From Pseudomonadota bacterium (GTDB taxonomy: Bacteria > Pseudomonadota > Gammaproteobacteria > DASZBR01), in contig JAJYDF010000017.1 of NCBI GenBank assembly GCA_021777765.1, positions 3,909 through 67,908 on the forward strand: a DNA stretch of 64,000 nt, written 5' to 3'. The notes below the pieces were generated by a model, which worked only from the letters and a program-made list of their open reading frames with translations, was not told the origin of the DNA and made no database searches. The position numbers and the translations under genes were made by a program. This document shows, one piece after another, positions 60,977 through 64,000 of this stretch. How positions within the stretch are numbered: the first letter of the stretch is position 1; the number at the start of each line of letters is the position of its first letter.

Positions 60977-61752
60977 CACTGAAATTATTACAAAATCGGG
61001 TACAACATTATTTAATGAATTATGATGAAGCGGTTTATCCCGATATTACTAAGCCGCAACATGACACTGTTAAAGCGCGTTTAGAAATTTATGCTAATGC
61101 CTATCGCTATCGATTAATTGATATATTAAAAGCAGATTTTATTACATTATGTATTTTGTTGGGTGATAAACCCTTTGAAGAAATCGCGCTTGAATATATT
61201 GATTCATATCCATCCCATTATTTTACAGTTCGCTATTTTGCGAGTCAGTTTGTGGATTTTCTTAAAAAACATGCGTTAAGCAAAACGCAACCCTTTATTG
61301 TTGATATGGCAACATTAGAGTGGGCATTAGTTGAAATTGCTGATACAAAAGATGCGCCTGTTCTTACATTAAATGATTTAACAATATTTCCTCAAGAAGA
61401 ATGGGGCCGGTTACAATTTTCAGGACATCCTTCATTACAAATGATTACCTTACATTCTAATGTTGCTGCAATTTGGCAAGCTAATGCTCTCAAAAATGAA
61501 TTGCCAGCGCTGGAATATACAGATAAATCTTATTGGCGTTTATGGCGGCAGGGTGTGCAGTCTTTTTATTATTGTCAATCAGAGCACGAGATGCTTGCAT
61601 GCTCTTTAATGTGTCAACAAAAAACGTTTGCAGAAATTTGTGAAAAATTATGTGAACACCTTCCTGAAGATGAAGTTCCCCAAATTGCAGCCGGCTATTT
61701 ATTACGTTGGTTAAATGAAGGGATTTTAAGTTCGGCGAGATTAGCTCCTTGA
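60970..61752 (+). CDS. DUF2063-family MNIO partner protein
   Basis: [36 protein letters not shown]; overlaps DUF692 gene. Confidence 0.85.
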   Translation: MLTLKLLQNRVQHYLMNYDEAVYPDITKPQHDTVKARLEIYANAYRYRLIDILKADFITLCILLGDKPFEEIALEYIDSYPSHYFTVRYFASQFVDFLKKHALSKTQPFIVDMATLEWALVEIADTKDAPVLTLNDLTIFPQEEWGRLQFSGHPSLQMITLHSNVAAIWQANALKNELPALEYTDKSYWRLWRQGVQSFYYCQSEHEMLACSLMCQQKTFAEICEKLCEHLPEDEVPQIAAGYLLRWLNEGILSSARLAP

Positions 61753-62627
61753 GTTGGTTTAAACGATTATTACCCGCAGCGGTTCGTACTAATGGTGTTC
61801 CTAAAAAAGGCGTACCAGAAGGCTTGTGGACTAAATGCGATGGTTGTGGCGCCATTCTTTATCGTGCTGAATTAGAAAAAGATCTCAACGTATGCCCAAA
61901 ATGTTCACATCACCATCGCATTATGGCGCGAGAAAGAATTGAAAGCTTTTTAGATGAAAATACATGGCATGAAATTGGCACACACATTGAGGCCGTTGAT
62001 CATTTAAAATTTCGTGATAGTAAAAAATATAAAGATCGTATCGCTACAGCACAAAAAGAAACTGGTGAGAAAGATGCATTAATTGTGGGGCGGGGCAATG
62101 TATTAGGAATTGATGTTGTTACTGCTGCATTTGAATTTGCATTTATGGGTGGGTCGATGGGATCGGCTGTTGGTGAAAGATTTGTGCAAGGTATTAATAG
62201 TTGTTTAGAGCATAAAATTCCCTTTATTTGTTTTACAGCCAGTGGCGGTGCCAGAATGCAAGAAGCATTAATTTCATTAATGCAAATGGCTAAAACCAGT
62301 GCTGCGCTCAGTAAATTATCAGCACATCATCTTCCTTTTATTTCAGTATTAACTGATCCTACTATGGGTGGTGTATCTGCCAGTTTAGCGATGTTAGGTG
62401 ATGTGATTATTGCTGAACCCAAAGCATTGATTGGTTTTGCAGGACCCCGCGTCATTGAACAAACCGTGCGGACCCCTTTGCCGGAAGGATTTCAACGCAG
62501 TGAATTTTTATTGGATCATGGTGCAATTGATATGATTGTTGATCGCAGAGAGATGAGAAATACGATTGCAAGATTATTAGCGAAATTAATGCGGATGCCT
62601 GTTCCACTTGAGCGTAAGATAAATTAA
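61749..62627 (+). CDS. accD: Acetyl-CoA carboxylase carboxyltransferase beta subunit
   Basis: [42 protein letters not shown]. Confidence 0.97.
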   Translation: MSWFKRLLPAAVRTNGVPKKGVPEGLWTKCDGCGAILYRAELEKDLNVCPKCSHHHRIMARERIESFLDENTWHEIGTHIEAVDHLKFRDSKKYKDRIATAQKETGEKDALIVGRGNVLGIDVVTAAFEFAFMGGSMGSAVGERFVQGINSCLEHKIPFICFTASGGARMQEALISLMQMAKTSAALSKLSAHHLPFISVLTDPTMGGVSASLAMLGDVIIAEPKALIGFAGPRVIEQTVRTPLPEGFQRSEFLLDHGAIDMIVDRREMRNTIARLLAKLMRMPVPLERKIN

Positions 62628-62631
62628 TAAT

Positions 62632-62832
62632 TGTAGCCTGGGTGTAGCCATTTGATGTAATTTAATAGTGTGAATAATTAATTAATCATGAGTATGACAA
62701 TTAATTTTGCTGGCGTAACCCGGGAATTAAACTTCTTAATTCCCGGGTTACACCAGTAGTAATAATTATTTTTTTATGAATTTTGATATTGTATCATGCA
62801 ATGATATTTTCATATGGTTTCACCCAGGCTAC
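62632..62832. repeat. Family C GTAG-REP doublet with expanded loops between accD and folC
   Basis: TGTAGCCTGGGTGTAGCCA-60nt-TGGCGTAACCCGGGAATT..AATTCCCGGGTTACACCA-59nt-TGGTTTCACCCAGGCTAC. Confidence 0.88.
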
Positions 62833-62857
62833 GTTTGTTAATAAGATTTAATTTATC

Positions 62858-64000
62858 ATGCAAAATAAAACTTTAATTGAATGGTTATCCGAAATAGAAA
62901 AACATTCAAATCACATTCATCGGCCTCATTTAGAACACCTCAAAATTATTGCAAATCGATTAGATATTTGGCCTATTTCAACGCCAGTGATTACCGTTAC
63001 TGGAACAAATGGCAAAGGTTCGTGCGTTGCTTTATTAAACGATATTTTACAAAATGCGGGATATAAAATAGGAAAATATACCTCACCGCATTTATTACGT
63101 TATCACGAAAGAATTATTTGCAATAACCAGACAGTAACCGATCAACAATTATGTGAAGCATTTTCTCTGATAGAAAAAAATAAAGATGAGATTACGCTTA
63201 ATTATTTTGAATGGACAACTCTCGCCGCATTAATAATATTTAAACAGCAACAATTAGATGCGTGGATATTAGAAGTTGGCGTAGGAGGGCGCTTGGATCC
63301 TGTCAATATCATTGATGCTGATTTAGCCATTATTTCTACTATAGCAATCGATCACGTCAATTGGTTAGGTAATACGCGAGAACAAATTGGACAAGAGAAA
63401 GCAGCGATTATGCGAGCACAAAAACCGGCAATTTGTGGTGATGATGTAACACCTTTTACTGTAAAAAAATATGCACAACAAATCGGTGCGCGACTTTTCT
63501 GTCAAACAGAACATTTTACTTATCAAATCAATGATCAAAATTGGTCATGGCGGAGTAATACTTCTACAAGGAATAATTTGCCTTTACCCCATATTGAGAT
63601 TCAAAATGCTGCGACGGTATTAGCCGCAGTTGAACAATTAGCACCATATTTTCAAATTAATGAACAGGCAATTCATACTGCTTTACAAAATACTTATTTA
63701 CCAGGCCGTTATCAAAAAATAGTGAATAAAGCCAATCAAATATTTGATGTAGCTCATAACCCCGCTGCTGCTCAATTACTCGCAAATAAATTAAAAAAAG
63801 AAAATGGCTCAGGGCGGATCATAGCCGTAGTTGCCATGTTAAATGATAAAGACCATGCCGGCACAATATCACCTTTAGTTCCCCTCATAACTGAATGGTA
63901 TGCAGCCAATTTAAATACACCGCGAGGCACCGAAGCTAAAGATTTAGCGAGGGTAATAGCGGAAAAGAGTACTAGAAATGTATTTTGTTTTCATGACGTA
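62858..64000 (+). CDS. folC: Folylpolyglutamate synthase/dihydrofolate synthase (3'-truncated by window end)
   Basis: Hand translation: ITVTGTNGKGS, YTSPHL, EVGVGGRLD, LPGRY, DVAHNP; accD-folC synteny; absent from the ORF track because there is no stop in the window. Confidence 0.94.
   Translation, partial: MQNKTLIEWLSEIEKHSNHIHRPHLEHLKIIANRLDIWPISTPVITVTGTNGKGSCVALLNDILQNAGYKIGKYTSPHLLRYHERIICNNQTVTDQQLCEAFSLIEKNKDEITLNYFEWTTLAALIIFKQQQLDAWILEVGVGGRLDPVNIIDADLAIISTIAIDHVNWLGNTREQIGQEKAAIMRAQKPAICGDDVTPFTVKKYAQQIGARLFCQTEHFTYQINDQNWSWRSNTSTRNNLPLPHIEIQNAATVLAAVEQLAPYFQINEQAIHTALQNTYLPGRYQKIVNKANQIFDVAHNPAAAQLLANKLKKENGSGRIIAVVAMLNDKDHAGTISPLVPLITEWYAANLNTPRGTEAKDLARVIAEKSTRNVFCFHDV

Overview
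AT-rich chromosomal segment of a gammaproteobacterium. The gene content points to a Legionellales/Coxiellaceae-like host-associated lineage (inference from mevalonate genes, the tpiA-secG-tRNA-Leu-nuoA-N block and many effector-like orphans). Core content: mevalonate/isoprenoid genes with pta-ackA, prfB (programmed +1 frameshift)-lysS, pheS without pheT, a 14-gene nuo operon, ddl, and accD-folC. Accessory content: four toxin-antitoxin modules (two decayed, one inside the nuo operon), effector candidates (YopT/C58-like protease-ankyrin fusion, degenerate Rab-like GTPase, tail-anchored SET protein, GNAT-like protein, ankyrin protein), and a type III PKS-methyltransferase-IDI cluster. The best candidate for a new system is a DUF692 (MNIO)/DUF2063 RiPP cluster whose Cys-repeat precursor carries a lipoprotein signal. 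Intergenic DNA holds at least six families of palindromic REP/REPIN-like elements. Several have fixed-length AT-rich loop expansions, and one pair flanking nuoI shows three compensatory base-pair changes. No CRISPR array, rRNA, transposase or prophage was seen. All family assignments come from motif reading by eye, not from database searches.
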